64,000 nt of DNA from Methanomassiliicoccaceae archaeon (GTDB lineage Archaea; Thermoplasmatota; Thermoplasmata; Methanomassiliicoccales; Methanomassiliicoccaceae): positions 672,001 through 736,000 of the forward strand of contig JAXGZN010000002.1 in the NCBI GenBank assembly GCA_040776945.1. The letters are read 5' to 3'. The notes beneath the pieces were generated by a model. It was not told the DNA's origin. It worked only from the letters and a program-made list of their open reading frames with translations, and did no database searches. Every line of letters begins with the position of its first letter. The first letter of the stretch is position 1. Positions 41,483 through 51,526 of the stretch are shown in pieces. The translations under genes and the position numbers were made by a program.

Positions 41483-42208
41483 ATGAGCGTTGAGCTGCGG
41501 TGGTTCCCCCAATCGTTCGTCCAACTGCGCACGGAGGAGCTGACGATGCATATCGACCCGTCGATGGCCTCGACCTTCCTGGACATCGTGAGGCTGTCGT
41601 TCCCGCCCCACGGGGCCAACGCCAAGCTCCCTCCGGGGATAGGTCCCGGAGGACTGGTGCTGGTCACCCATCCGCACCCGGACCATCTCGCGCCTGGAAC
41701 GGCCTCCCTGCTGACCGGAAAGGACGGCATCGTCCTGGCACCGGAGAGCTGCCGCCGAAAGCTGCGCGGCCATATGTCCGCCGTGGCCCCGGGCGACCGG
41801 AGAACGGTGAGAGGGGCGGAGATCAGGGTCGTGGAGACATACAATCCGGAAGGGACCAGGAGGATGACCTATCATCCGCGCGGGACCGGCGTCGGCTATC
41901 TTGTCAACATCGGAGGCGTCACCGCCTATCACGCCGGGGACACCGGACTGATAGAGGACATGAGAACGCTGGGCGAGGTTGACGTCGCCCTGCTGCCCAT
42001 AGGCGGCAGGTTCACCATGGACATCGCCGAGGCGGCCGAGGCGGCGGAGATCATTGCCCCCCGGACGGTCGTCCCGATGCATCGCCTGAGGGCCGATGCG
42101 CAGAGGTTCAGGCAGGAGGTCGAGCGCCGTTGCGGTTCCGAGGTCCGGGTCCTCGGTCCAGGAGAGCCTCTCGGCCTGGGAGGCCGGGACGGGGACAACA
42201 AGATTTAA
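41483..42208 (+). CDS. MBL-fold hydrolase (UlaG-like)
   Basis: THPHPDH, YHAGDT, LPIGGRFTM, PMH. Confidence 0.88.
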   Translation: MSVELRWFPQSFVQLRTEELTMHIDPSMASTFLDIVRLSFPPHGANAKLPPGIGPGGLVLVTHPHPDHLAPGTASLLTGKDGIVLAPESCRRKLRGHMSAVAPGDRRTVRGAEIRVVETYNPEGTRRMTYHPRGTGVGYLVNIGGVTAYHAGDTGLIEDMRTLGEVDVALLPIGGRFTMDIAEAAEAAEIIAPRTVVPMHRLRADAQRFRQEVERRCGSEVRVLGPGEPLGLGGRDGDNKI

Positions 42209-42244
42209 AACGCTCATCCGCTCTCAACTACCCAGGTTACTGAG

Positions 42245-43585
42245 ATGGTCCTGGAAAACCTCGGTCAATCGCTACGCAACGTCCTGAAGAAGATCACCGG
42301 GGCATCGCATATAGACGAAGCGCTGGTCAAGGAGATCACCCGGGACATCCAGAGAGCGCTCCTGCAGGCCGACGTGAATGTGAAACTGGTCCTGGAGATG
42401 ACCAAGGAGGTGGAGCGGAGGGCGCTCAACGAGCAGCCTCCGGCCGGCACCAGCCCCAAGGAGCACGTGGTGCGCATCATCTACGATGAGCTGATCAAGA
42501 TCCTTGGATCTCAGAGGCCGCTCCCCATAGCCAAGCAGACCATAATGATGGTCGGCCTCTACGGCCAGGGGAAGACCACCACCACCGGCAAGCTCGGCCG
42601 CTATTTCCACAAGAAAGGGCTCAAGGTAGGGCTGATAGCAGCCGACGTGCACCGGCCGGCAGCGTACGACCAGCTGAAGCAGATCGCGGACAAGGTGGGG
42701 GTGCCCATCTTCGGCAGGCCTGGAGAGAAGGACGCGGCCAAGATCGCCAAGGACGGCATGGAGCACTTCTCCAACGTGGACGTCGTGCTCGTGGACACCT
42801 CCGGCCGCCACGCGCTGGAGGACGACCTCATCGCCGAGCTGAAAAGGGTGGCCGACATCGTGAGCCCGACCGAGCGCATCCTGGTGCTCGATGCCGCGGT
42901 CGGGCAGCAGGCCGGACCGCAGGCCAAGGCGTTCCACGATGCCGTCGGCGTCACCAGCGTGATCATCACCAAGATGGACGGGACCGCGAAGGGCGGGGGC
43001 GCGCTTAGCGCAGTGGCCCAGACCAAGGCCTCGATCGTGTTCATCGGGACCGGGGAGCATCTCACCGACCTGGAGCCGTTTGAGCCCACCCGGTTCATCT
43101 CCCGGCTGCTGGGCATGGGGGACATCCAAAGCCTGCTGGAGGCGGCCAAGGACAACATCTCCGAGGCCGAGGCGGAAGAGACCGTCAAGAAGATGATGGC
43201 CGGGCGGTTCACCTTGAAGGAGATGTACGAGCAGATGGAGATGCTCACCAGCATGGGGCCGTTGAAGAAGCTGGTTTCGATGCTCCCGGGGATGCCGGGC
43301 CTCAGCGACAAGATCGATATGGAACAGAGCCAGGAGAAGCTCCGCAAGTTCCGCTACATCATGGACTCCATGACCGAGGAGGAGATGGAGGACCCCAAGC
43401 TCATCAAGTCCACCAGGATCAACCGCATTGCCCGAGGCGCCGGCGTGGAGAGCAAGGACGTCCGTGAGCTCCTTAAGCAATACAACATGTCCAAGAAGGC
43501 GGTCAAGGGCTTCATGGGGAACCGCAAGTTCCGCAAGCAGTTGATGAAACAGTTCCAGTCAGGGGACATGGGGCAATCCCAATGA
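42245..43585 (+). CDS. ffh: signal recognition particle protein SRP54
   Basis: GLYGQGKTTT, DTSGR, TKMDGTAKGGG, M-domain RINRIARGAG. Confidence 0.97.
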   Translation: MVLENLGQSLRNVLKKITGASHIDEALVKEITRDIQRALLQADVNVKLVLEMTKEVERRALNEQPPAGTSPKEHVVRIIYDELIKILGSQRPLPIAKQTIMMVGLYGQGKTTTTGKLGRYFHKKGLKVGLIAADVHRPAAYDQLKQIADKVGVPIFGRPGEKDAAKIAKDGMEHFSNVDVVLVDTSGRHALEDDLIAELKRVADIVSPTERILVLDAAVGQQAGPQAKAFHDAVGVTSVIITKMDGTAKGGGALSAVAQTKASIVFIGTGEHLTDLEPFEPTRFISRLLGMGDIQSLLEAAKDNISEAEAEETVKKMMAGRFTLKEMYEQMEMLTSMGPLKKLVSMLPGMPGLSDKIDMEQSQEKLRKFRYIMDSMTEEEMEDPKLIKSTRINRIARGAGVESKDVRELLKQYNMSKKAVKGFMGNRKFRKQLMKQFQSGDMGQSQ

Positions 43586-44169
43586 AGCGGTTCGTCGTGG
43601 TCGGCCACCGGGCCGCAACCTCCGGCGATTTCAAGCTGGACGACATGGCCGGAGGCGCTGGCCGCTTGGACATCCTCCTTCGGTGCATCAACTCCGCCTT
43701 GTTCCTCTCGCACGGCATCAGGCGGGACGCCGAGATATACCTCGTCCTCTTGGGAGAGCCGAACCCTCCCCGCACGATCAGGATCAACGGCGGAGAGGTC
43801 CGGTACCTGAACCCGGACGAGAGATCGACCGGGGCGCTGGTCCGCAACGCCCTCCTTAAGAAGCTGGACGACGAGGAGATCAGGTCCTCCCCGGGAATAT
43901 ATGTGTCAAAGCGGTCCTTCGAGCAGGTGCTGCAGGACCTGGCCCCCATATCCCGTCTGGTTTATCTGAAGGAGGACGGAAAGGACGTCAGGGAGCAGGA
44001 CCTTGACGGAGATGTTACCTTCATCATCTCGGACCATCAGGACCTCCGAGAGGACGAGGAGAGGCTCCTGATGGAGCGGTCGCCCCTGACCGTTACCCTT
44101 GGTCCCACATCATACCATGCGGACCACTGCATCACCATCATGCTCAACGAGCTGGACCGGCGGGAATAG
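43582..44169 (+). CDS. trmY: tRNA (pseudouridine54-N1)-methyltransferase
   Basis: GAGRLDILLRC, PDERS, SDH, LGP..YHADHCI. Confidence 0.95.
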   Translation: MKRFVVVGHRAATSGDFKLDDMAGGAGRLDILLRCINSALFLSHGIRRDAEIYLVLLGEPNPPRTIRINGGEVRYLNPDERSTGALVRNALLKKLDDEEIRSSPGIYVSKRSFEQVLQDLAPISRLVYLKEDGKDVREQDLDGDVTFIISDHQDLREDEERLLMERSPLTVTLGPTSYHADHCITIMLNELDRRE

Positions 44170-44215
44170 AGAAACTTCATATCCAATGCCAGCGGTAGTC
44201 CTCTCAGGCTGACCT

Positions 44216-44380
44216 ATGAGAGCGATATGTCCTAGGGACGGTTGCGAGTACATCGCCTTCGGCGATGACGAGAGGGAGCTGAGAAAGGACCTGCGGTACC
44301 ATATCATGAGCATCCATAACTGCACCGATCTGCCTGACAAGCTGGAGATGCTCGACGAGAGCGGGGACCGGACCGCTTAG
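44216..44380 (+). CDS. small DUF1059-like metal-binding protein (54 aa, not in ORF track)
   Basis: MRAICPRDGCEYIAFGDDERELRKDLRYHIMSIH: C-x4-C...H-x4-H. Confidence 0.65.
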   Translation: MRAICPRDGCEYIAFGDDERELRKDLRYHIMSIHNCTDLPDKLEMLDESGDRTA

Positions 44381-44425
44381 TTATGTTTTTTACCTGATGC
44401 TTTCCCATAATAAGGGTGGGTGCTC

Positions 44426-44893
44426 ATGAGGCTCAAGGAAAAGGAGATCACCGACAGGGGCGAGATAGAGGAGCTCCTGTCCGGAGAGAAGGTGTGCAGG
44501 GTGGCGATGTGCGACGGCAATGCTCCGTATGTTGTTCCCACCACGTACGGGTACAAGGAAGGCGTCATCTATTTGCACTCGTCCAAGGCGGGGCGCAAGA
44601 TGGACGTCCTGAAGGAGAATGATCGAGTATGCATAGTTGTGGATACCGGGCATGACCTTGTGCAGGGCCCCCTTGACTCCTCCTGCGGATCGACCATCCG
44701 GTTCAAGAGCGTCATCGCCACCGGCCGCGCCAAGCTCGTGGAGGACGAGGCGGAGAAGCGGAGAGGGATGGACATAATCATGGCCCAGATGTTCGGGGAC
44801 CAGGCCTTCGAGTACTCTCCGGAGGGCATTCGGAACATGGCCATCATCAAGGTCGATCTGGAATCTGTGACCGGCAAGAGATCTGGATACTGA
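44426..44893 (+). CDS. pyridoxamine 5'-phosphate oxidase-like (NimA-type) flavin-binding protein
   Basis: PYVVP..Y, HSSKAGRK, FKSVIATG, TGK. Confidence 0.88.
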   Translation: MRLKEKEITDRGEIEELLSGEKVCRVAMCDGNAPYVVPTTYGYKEGVIYLHSSKAGRKMDVLKENDRVCIVVDTGHDLVQGPLDSSCGSTIRFKSVIATGRAKLVEDEAEKRRGMDIIMAQMFGDQAFEYSPEGIRNMAIIKVDLESVTGKRSGY

Positions 44894-44969
44894 GGCGGGC
44901 ATGAGGCCGGAGAGCGGGCCCCGGCCGCCATAAGGAAACCTTTTAACAGGTGGTGCCGATGGGGCGGTC

Positions 44970-45161
44970 ATGAGCGAGAAGATCCCTCAGCACCGCCACT
45001 GCTCGAGCTGCGGGAAGGCGCACCTCGGAGATGGCCGTTTCTGTTCCGAGGTTTGCCAGAGGACCACAGGGGACACACTCAAGAAGAAGAAGCGGCAGCT
45101 CCTTATCTTGTACGGGATAACCATGGCCGTGCTGATCGCAGCGCTGCTCATGATCGGATGA
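44970..45161 (+). CDS. DUF2116-like Zn-ribbon membrane protein
   Basis: PQHRHCSSCG...FCSEVC plus C-terminal TM helix. Confidence 0.82.
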   Translation: MSEKIPQHRHCSSCGKAHLGDGRFCSEVCQRTTGDTLKKKKRQLLILYGITMAVLIAALLMIG

Positions 45162-45165
45162 TACC

Positions 45166-46131
45166 ATGAAGGCCGCCATGGGAGGCACCTTCAACGTTCT
45201 GCACCGGGGCCACCTGGCCCTCTTGGACCGCGCTTTCGAGGTGGCGGACGAGGTACTCATAGGGATCACCTCCGACGCCATGGCCTCCGCCATGAAGGCC
45301 GGGGTGAGGCCGCTGGAGGAGCGCAGGAAGGACCTGGAGGCCTACCTCCGGGGGAGGGGGGGCGCATGGAGCGTCGAGACCATCGACCGCCCGGACGAGC
45401 ACGTTGACGTGCGCGGCGACATCCAGGCGCTGATCGTTTCCCCGGAGACCTTGGCGACCGGCGAGAGCATAAACCGGGGGCGGAAGTCGAGGGGCCTGAT
45501 GCCGCTCAGGCTGGTGGTCGTGCCCCATGTCATCGCGGAGGATTTTCTGCCGATAGCCGCCCGTCGCGTGCTGGCCGGCGAGATCGATGCCGACGGCCGC
45601 CTGCTGCGGCCGCTCAGAGCGAGCGTGGGCTCCCTGAACCCGGTGAAGGTGAGTGCCGTCGAGCGCGTCCTATCCAAGCTGGTCGGCCGCGTCGAGGTCA
45701 CCGCCATAGAGGTCCGCTCAGGGGTTCCGGAGCAGCCTCGCGGAGAGGAGACCAGGAAGGGCGCGATGAACCGGGCGGCCGCCGCCTTGGGAGGGGCGGA
45801 CCTGGGGATCGGGCTTGAGGCCGGGGTGTTCGAGACCCAGGACGGCCTTTTTGATGTGCAGTACTGCGCGATCATCGACCGCAGAGGGAGGTTCAGCGTA
45901 GGCCACGGGATGGGTTTCCGCTACCCCAGTGAAGCGGCCGAGCTGGTCCGCGGAGGCATGACCGTCGGAGCTGCCTTCAGGGAACTGTACGGAAAGGGAC
46001 TGGATGGGCGCAAGGACGGGGCCATCGGATATCTCACAAGGGGCGCATTGGGCCGAACCGAGCTTGCCGAGCAGGCGGTGATGGCCGCCATGGTGCCAAG
46101 GATGAGGAGGGAGCTGTACAGCGACCTCTGA
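45166..46131 (+). CDS. fusion of phosphopantetheine adenylyltransferase and YjjX-type ITP/XTPase
   Basis: GGTFNVLHRGH, VSPET; then GSLNPVK, SGVPEQP, GA.NRA, GLEAG, GAIGYLT. Confidence 0.9.
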   Translation: MKAAMGGTFNVLHRGHLALLDRAFEVADEVLIGITSDAMASAMKAGVRPLEERRKDLEAYLRGRGGAWSVETIDRPDEHVDVRGDIQALIVSPETLATGESINRGRKSRGLMPLRLVVVPHVIAEDFLPIAARRVLAGEIDADGRLLRPLRASVGSLNPVKVSAVERVLSKLVGRVEVTAIEVRSGVPEQPRGEETRKGAMNRAAAALGGADLGIGLEAGVFETQDGLFDVQYCAIIDRRGRFSVGHGMGFRYPSEAAELVRGGMTVGAAFRELYGKGLDGRKDGAIGYLTRGALGRTELAEQAVMAAMVPRMRRELYSDL

Positions 46132-46359
46132 TCACGCTCGAGCCTTCGGCTGCGGCCGCGCGCGGGCATGTTCCTTGAAGTTCCCTGCGCAGTTGGACAG
46201 CCCGACACACCCGAACCGCCGGTACTTGGAGCAGTAGAACCCCTGGACGTAGTGCTCGCAGGGCGGGTCCTTCTCCGCCCGGCACTTCTCGCCGATGCAG
46301 GCGAACCCCTTGTAGCGGCCGTCGCACCGGCCGTTCGCAAGGAGATAGTAGCATTTCAT
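46132..46359 (-). CDS. small Cys-rich protein
   Basis: 75 aa with 8 Cys; overlaps the stop of the upstream small ORF. Confidence 0.6.
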   Translation of the reverse strand: MKCYYLLANGRCDGRYKGFACIGEKCRAEKDPPCEHYVQGFYCSKYRRFGCVGLSNCAGNFKEHARARPQPKARA

Positions 46360-46592
46360 CGGCCGCCCCTCCCGCTGATGAGCGGCGCCCCTAGGTCAAC
46401 AAAGTACAGGCTGGATGGAACGTGCGGTCCTAGGCCGGGGGTCTCGCGGCCCTCGCCCATGGTCCTTGGTGAAAGGGGGCGGCTGTGATAGGACGGCGCG
46501 ACGCGCTCCAAGCAGTTGCGTTCCCCGGCGCACTCGCCGGCGCTCACCATATGATGAGCGCAGCGGTTAGACCCATAGCTATAGCGGCACAA
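46356..46592 (-). CDS. small Cys/His-containing protein
   Basis: CRY...CAHH...C....C; TTG start. Confidence 0.4.
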   Translation of the reverse strand: MCRYSYGSNRCAHHMVSAGECAGERNCLERVAPSYHSRPLSPRTMGEGRETPGLGPHVPSSLYFVDLGAPLISGRGGR

Positions 46593-46651
46593 TTTCCCAT
46601 CCCTGGGGCATTATGATTATCTATAAATATAAATTTTGGCCGCTGACCCGC

Positions 46652-49021
46652 CTAGGGTATGTATTCCTTCACCGCCTCCGCCATTTCCTTGAGCCGTCTC
46701 TGCACCAGGCCGTTGATGGTCCCCTCGGGATAGCTCCCGTCCTTTGCACGCTTCCCCGCCGGCACTCCGGTGAGCACCTCGATGCCCTCGTCTATGCTCT
46801 TCACCGCCCAGATGTGGAACTTGCCTTCCTTGATGGCCTCCACGACCTCCTCCTTGAGCATGAGGTTGTGGACGTTGGCCCAGGGGATCATGCATCCCTG
46901 CTCGCCGGTCAGACCGAGGAGCTTGCAGGTCTCGTAGAACCCTTCGATCTTGTAGTTGACCCCGCCGATGGCCTGCACCTCTCCTTTCTGGTTCACCGAA
47001 CCGGTCACGGCGATGTTCTGCCTTATCGGCACGCCTGAAAGCTCTGACAGAAGGGCGTACAGTTCGGTGCTTGACGCGCTGTCCCCGTCTATGCCGGAGT
47101 ATGACTGCTCAAAGACCACCCGGGCCGACAGCGACAGCGGGAAGGTGACGGCGTACCGCTCATGCAGGAAACCGCTGATGATCATGACCCCCTTGGTATG
47201 GGTCGCGCCTCCCATCTCCGCAAGGCGCTCGATGTCGATGATGCCCTCGCGGCCGACACCGACGGAGGCGGTGATCCGGGACGGCCGGCCGAAGACGAAA
47301 TCACCGACGCTCAGCACCGCCAGGCCGTTCAGTTGCCCGACCTTCTTTCCGTCCACGTCAATGAGGATGGTTCCCTCCTCGATGAACTCCTCGATCTTCT
47401 CCTGGATCATGTTGGAGCGGTAGTCCTTCTCCTCGATCTGCTTTCGTATGTGGTCCCTGGAAATCTCGGAGGCGCCATCCTCTGAAGCGTAGAAAGAGGC
47501 CTCCCGGACCATGTCCGCCACCAAGACGAACTCGGTGGACAGCTTCTCCTGGTCCTCGGCCATCCTGGAGGATTGCTCGACGACCGCCGCCAGCGCGCTG
47601 GCGTCGAGGTGCAGGAGCCCTTCCTTCAGGACCAGCCCGCACACGAACTTCACGTACCGCTCTACGTTCTCCGGGGTGCGGTCCATGGTGGTGTCGAAGT
47701 CCGCCTTGACCTTGAACAGCTTCTTGAAGTCGGGGTCCAGCGAGTACAGCACGGAATAGGTCTGAGGGTTCCCGATGAGCACCACCTTGGCGGTGAACGG
47801 GATCGGCTCGGGCCGCAGCGTCTTGGTGATTATGTATCCCAGGCGCGCCATGGGGTCTTCCAGCTCCAGCCTGGCGTTGGATATCGTCTGCTTGAGGCTC
47901 TCCCATACCAGAGGGTCCTGGAACATCCTCTCGGCCGGGATCACCAGGAAGCCTCCGTTGGCGCGATGCGCCGAGCCCCCTCGGATCATGGTATAGTCGG
48001 TTATCAGGGTGCCGAACCTCGCCTCGCGCTCAGAGTAGCCGAACAACCTCGGGTAGTTGGGGTTCTGCTCGAACTCTACCGGCGCTCCCTCGGTCTTCGA
48101 GTTGTCCACGACCAGGTTGACGCGGTAGTTGCGGGTGGGGTCGATCACAGGGGTGTTGGGGCCGCCAGGCTGAGGGTTGAGGAACAGCGGCACGTTGTCC
48201 ACGATGTCCTTCTCCACCTCCATGAGGTATTCCAGCACCTCCTCGTTGTCCTTGAACTGCTCCTTCACCTCCCCAATGTAGGGCCCGACCGCGTAGTGGG
48301 CCACCTGGCGGTTGAGGTCCATTATCTCCTTGTCGACCTTCTTGACGATGTCCTGCATAGGGCGGAAGGTCTCCCCGATGCGCTGGTTCAGCTTCTCCCT
48401 CTCCGTCTGGATCTCTCTCTGCAGCGCCGCCGGCAGCTGGGCGAACTCCTGGTCCGTCAACGGATGGCCTTCCTGGTTGACCGGGGTGAGCTGGAGCCCG
48501 ATCTGAGAGGGCTGAACGATGAAGCCGGCCTCCTGGGCCATGGCATTGACCTTCTCCACTATCTCGTTCCTCTCCTGGCTGATGCTTGCGGTGATCGCCT
48601 CGCGCTTCTTGGCGTAGTCCGCGGACTCGAACGCCTCCCGGAGCGCCGGCGCGATCTGGCCGATGAGGCGCTCCATGGCATCCTGGAAACCCCGCCCCCG
48701 GCCGGCAGGCATCTCTATCGCCCGGGGCTTGGAGGAGTCGTTGAAGTTGTTGACGTAGCACCAGTCCGGCGGCACCGGCATCTTGCTCGCCTGAACCCTT
48801 ACGAAGTCGTGGATCGCCGTCTTCCTTCCGGTGCCTGGAATGCCGGACACGAATATGTTGAAGCCTTGGCTGGCGATCCTCAGCCCGAACTGCATCGCCT
48901 TCACCGCCCGGTCCTGGCCCACTATGGTGCCCAGAGGGGTGAGCTGGGAGGTGCTGTCGCATTCGATGTCCTTCTTCTCGCAGGTACGGCGGACCTCTTT
49001 GTAAGTCAGTTCCTGGACCAT
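46652..49021 (-). CDS. Lon-like ATP-dependent protease
   Basis: GQDRA, HRANGGFL, FEQSY..IDGDSAS, IGGVNYKIEGF (Ser-Lys dyad). Confidence 0.93.
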   Translation of the reverse strand: MVQELTYKEVRRTCEKKDIECDSTSQLTPLGTIVGQDRAVKAMQFGLRIASQGFNIFVSGIPGTGRKTAIHDFVRVQASKMPVPPDWCYVNNFNDSSKPRAIEMPAGRGRGFQDAMERLIGQIAPALREAFESADYAKKREAITASISQERNEIVEKVNAMAQEAGFIVQPSQIGLQLTPVNQEGHPLTDQEFAQLPAALQREIQTEREKLNQRIGETFRPMQDIVKKVDKEIMDLNRQVAHYAVGPYIGEVKEQFKDNEEVLEYLMEVEKDIVDNVPLFLNPQPGGPNTPVIDPTRNYRVNLVVDNSKTEGAPVEFEQNPNYPRLFGYSEREARFGTLITDYTMIRGGSAHRANGGFLVIPAERMFQDPLVWESLKQTISNARLELEDPMARLGYIITKTLRPEPIPFTAKVVLIGNPQTYSVLYSLDPDFKKLFKVKADFDTTMDRTPENVERYVKFVCGLVLKEGLLHLDASALAAVVEQSSRMAEDQEKLSTEFVLVADMVREASFYASEDGASEISRDHIRKQIEEKDYRSNMIQEKIEEFIEEGTILIDVDGKKVGQLNGLAVLSVGDFVFGRPSRITASVGVGREGIIDIERLAEMGGATHTKGVMIISGFLHERYAVTFPLSLSARVVFEQSYSGIDGDSASSTELYALLSELSGVPIRQNIAVTGSVNQKGEVQAIGGVNYKIEGFYETCKLLGLTGEQGCMIPWANVHNLMLKEEVVEAIKEGKFHIWAVKSIDEGIEVLTGVPAGKRAKDGSYPEGTINGLVQRRLKEMAEAVKEYIP

Positions 49022-49065
49022 GATCTCATATAATCGAACATAGTCTCGAATAAATAAAATCGTCC

Positions 49066-49992
49066 CTAGGCCGCCGTGGATGCCTCCGGACGCTTGCTCC
49101 GGGAGAACGTGAACCTGCTGACGTAGATCAGCCAAGCTATGTCCACGGTCATGCACACGGTGGCCGGGACCGCTGCCTCCGGCCCCAAGAGGGCCATGGC
49201 AAGCGCGGCGGCCATGCCAGTGTTCTTATGCGTCGCGAACAGCACCGCGGGAACGCGGCGCTCCCAGGCCGCGCCCCTTCTTCGTCCGTAACGCTCCACC
49301 GCGATCCCGACCCCGAAGGTCTTTACAGCCGCAACCGCCACCAGAGCGGCCAACAGGCCGGGCTCGCCGAAGAACACGCTGCGGTTGGCGCCTGCCACCG
49401 CGATCACCAGCACCCCGAAGGCGATGTTGATGACCGCGCTCCTGGCATAGGGGGAGATGTTCGCCATCCTCAGGCCCCTGGAGATCAACACGGGCACGGC
49501 GATCAGCAGGCCCACGTACCACAGCAGGGTCTCGACGCTCACCGCCTGCCCGATGAACACCAGGGTCAGCAGCGGGGTGAGGACCAGTGCGATCAGGTAC
49601 ATCGCCGCCGAGGAGACCAGGGTCCCCTCAAGGTCCCCTCCGAGGATGAGGGTGAAGGGAATGACCGAGACCGCCGATGGGACCGCAGCGGCCAGGACCC
49701 ACCCTGCTCTCAGGTCCCCGGTGAAAAGGAAGGCCATGGCTATGGTGATGCCGGTGGCCAGCCCGAACGACAGAATGAAGGCGTCGCGGAAAGCGGCGCG
49801 ATGCGCTGCCAGCTTGAGCCCCCTCAGTCTCATGGCGCATAGCGAGAAGGACATCATGGCCATCAGGGAGAGCATGGCCACGTCCTTGTTCATCTTGGGA
49901 TAGACTTCGGGGAACCCCCCGAAAAGGAGGGCGATCACCAGTGCCGCGATCATCACCGCCGCGTTGTTCCCGAGAAGGTCCCTAGGCCGCAC
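49066..49992 (-). CDS. bile acid:Na+ symporter-family transporter
   Basis: Many TM helices, AVPSAVS, KNTGMA; start uncertain. Confidence 0.8.
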   Translation of the reverse strand: MRPRDLLGNNAAVMIAALVIALLFGGFPEVYPKMNKDVAMLSLMAMMSFSLCAMRLRGLKLAAHRAAFRDAFILSFGLATGITIAMAFLFTGDLRAGWVLAAAVPSAVSVIPFTLILGGDLEGTLVSSAAMYLIALVLTPLLTLVFIGQAVSVETLLWYVGLLIAVPVLISRGLRMANISPYARSAVINIAFGVLVIAVAGANRSVFFGEPGLLAALVAVAAVKTFGVGIAVERYGRRRGAAWERRVPAVLFATHKNTGMAAALAMALLGPEAAVPATVCMTVDIAWLIYVSRFTFSRSKRPEASTAA

Positions 49993-50044
49993 GGCGCGAG
50001 ATTCCCTTCCCAGATTAGTATCTTTCCGGCAGGGCGATATACCG

Positions 50045-51004
50045 ATGGGTCCCATAGATGGAGTGGTGTCCCCCCTCGACCGTGAGCGCCGGCTGTTCGC
50101 GGTGCTCAACCCTAGATCGGGCATCGGCTCCGCCCTTTATCTCAAGAACGAGATACTGGCCGGTCTCAGGGGCCTCCATGTCGAGCACGTTGTCCTGAGG
50201 AAGAGCGATGATATCCTCGATATCGTGAGAGGTGCCATCGAGGCGGGGGCGAACGAGATAGTGGCCGTGGGCGGGGACGGGACCGTTTCGGGGGTTGCGG
50301 AGGCGGTGGCCGGCACGGACGCGGCCATGGGCATAGTGCCGACCGGAACGGCCAACATGGTCGCCAGGGAACTGAGGTTGCCGCTATCCATCGCCTCCTC
50401 CACCAGGACCATTCGTGCCAGGAGGGGCGTGGTGAGGATGGACGCCATGAGCTCCGGCGGCCGGAGCTTCATCTATCAGGTGGCGGTGGGCGTAGGCGCT
50501 GACGTCAACCGCCGCGTGGCCAAGCCGGAGAAGGAGCTGCTTGGCCGTTCATCCTATCTGCTGGGCATGCTCCGGGCCCTTAGCGATATGCGCCCCCTTA
50601 TGGTCAGATGCCGCATCGACGGCCGCGAAGTGGAGATGTTGGTGAACCAGCTCTTGATCGCCAACGCTGGCATACTGGGCACGGCGCCCCTGCGCCTCGG
50701 CCCGGGCATTCGGCCAGATGACGGCAAGGTGGAGGTCGTGGTCCTGAGCGGCCAAGGCCGTCTGGACCTTATCGGCTCAACGATGGATATGGTGCTCGGC
50801 AACTATGGCGGTCCCGGGCTGAGGTACTTCGATGCTCGCCGCGAGGTGGTCCTGGACACCGAGCCGCCAGCTGTCGTCAAGGCCGACGGCGAGTTCGTTG
50901 GGCGGACCCCATTGACGGTCCAGGTGCGCCCCGGGGCGGTAAAGGTCATCGCTCCCGCGGCGGGAGCGCCACGGTCCCGGCAGTGGCCGCTTCTTCCATG
51001 GTGA
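50045..51004 (+). CDS. diacylglycerol/lipid kinase family protein
   Basis: NPRSG, GGDGT, PTGTAN, DGE. Confidence 0.92.
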   Translation: MGPIDGVVSPLDRERRLFAVLNPRSGIGSALYLKNEILAGLRGLHVEHVVLRKSDDILDIVRGAIEAGANEIVAVGGDGTVSGVAEAVAGTDAAMGIVPTGTANMVARELRLPLSIASSTRTIRARRGVVRMDAMSSGGRSFIYQVAVGVGADVNRRVAKPEKELLGRSSYLLGMLRALSDMRPLMVRCRIDGREVEMLVNQLLIANAGILGTAPLRLGPGIRPDDGKVEVVVLSGQGRLDLIGSTMDMVLGNYGGPGLRYFDARREVVLDTEPPAVVKADGEFVGRTPLTVQVRPGAVKVIAPAAGAPRSRQWPLLPW

Positions 51005-51526
51005 GGATGTCAGCTCACGGCCGGCCGTTCGAGGAGGTGCGGAAGGGTGGTTCGGGAACATGAAGCGCTGGGCACATCGAGGCGCCTCATCGCGTCGGGA
51101 AGCGACCGGGCTGTCGGCCTCATCGAGAGCGCTCCCCTAGGTGCTCAGCCCTCCACCTCTCCCGTTCGCTCAGCGTCGGACCGCAGGGAACGCCTCGGCT
51201 CTGGCCTGCTCGATCATCGGCCATTCCTATCTGCCTGCCCGTGAGGGGGACCTGACCTTCGGACCGTTCATCGCTGGGTCTTGCCATGTTCACGCAGCAA
51301 TGCGCCGGATTGCCGCAACCCGATCGGTCCCGAGAGGTCCAGGGAGCATGAGGCATCGGCCCGGCCGTTCCGAAGACGCCTGCCGCCGGTGGTCAAGGCA
51401 GGCTACGTGGCGATGGCGTCCCTGCGAACGGAGCTTGGGGCCCTCCGTAGCGGGATCGCCCGGCGGGCATGAGAAAAAGGTGGTCGGACCGAGGCCCGTT
51501 GACGTTCTCGCTCGGTGGACCATGGT

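Noticed and set aside
45166-46131. CoaD-YjjX fusion as a novelty
   Set aside because: To my knowledge this fusion is already known in Thermoplasmata; useful as a taxonomic cue only.
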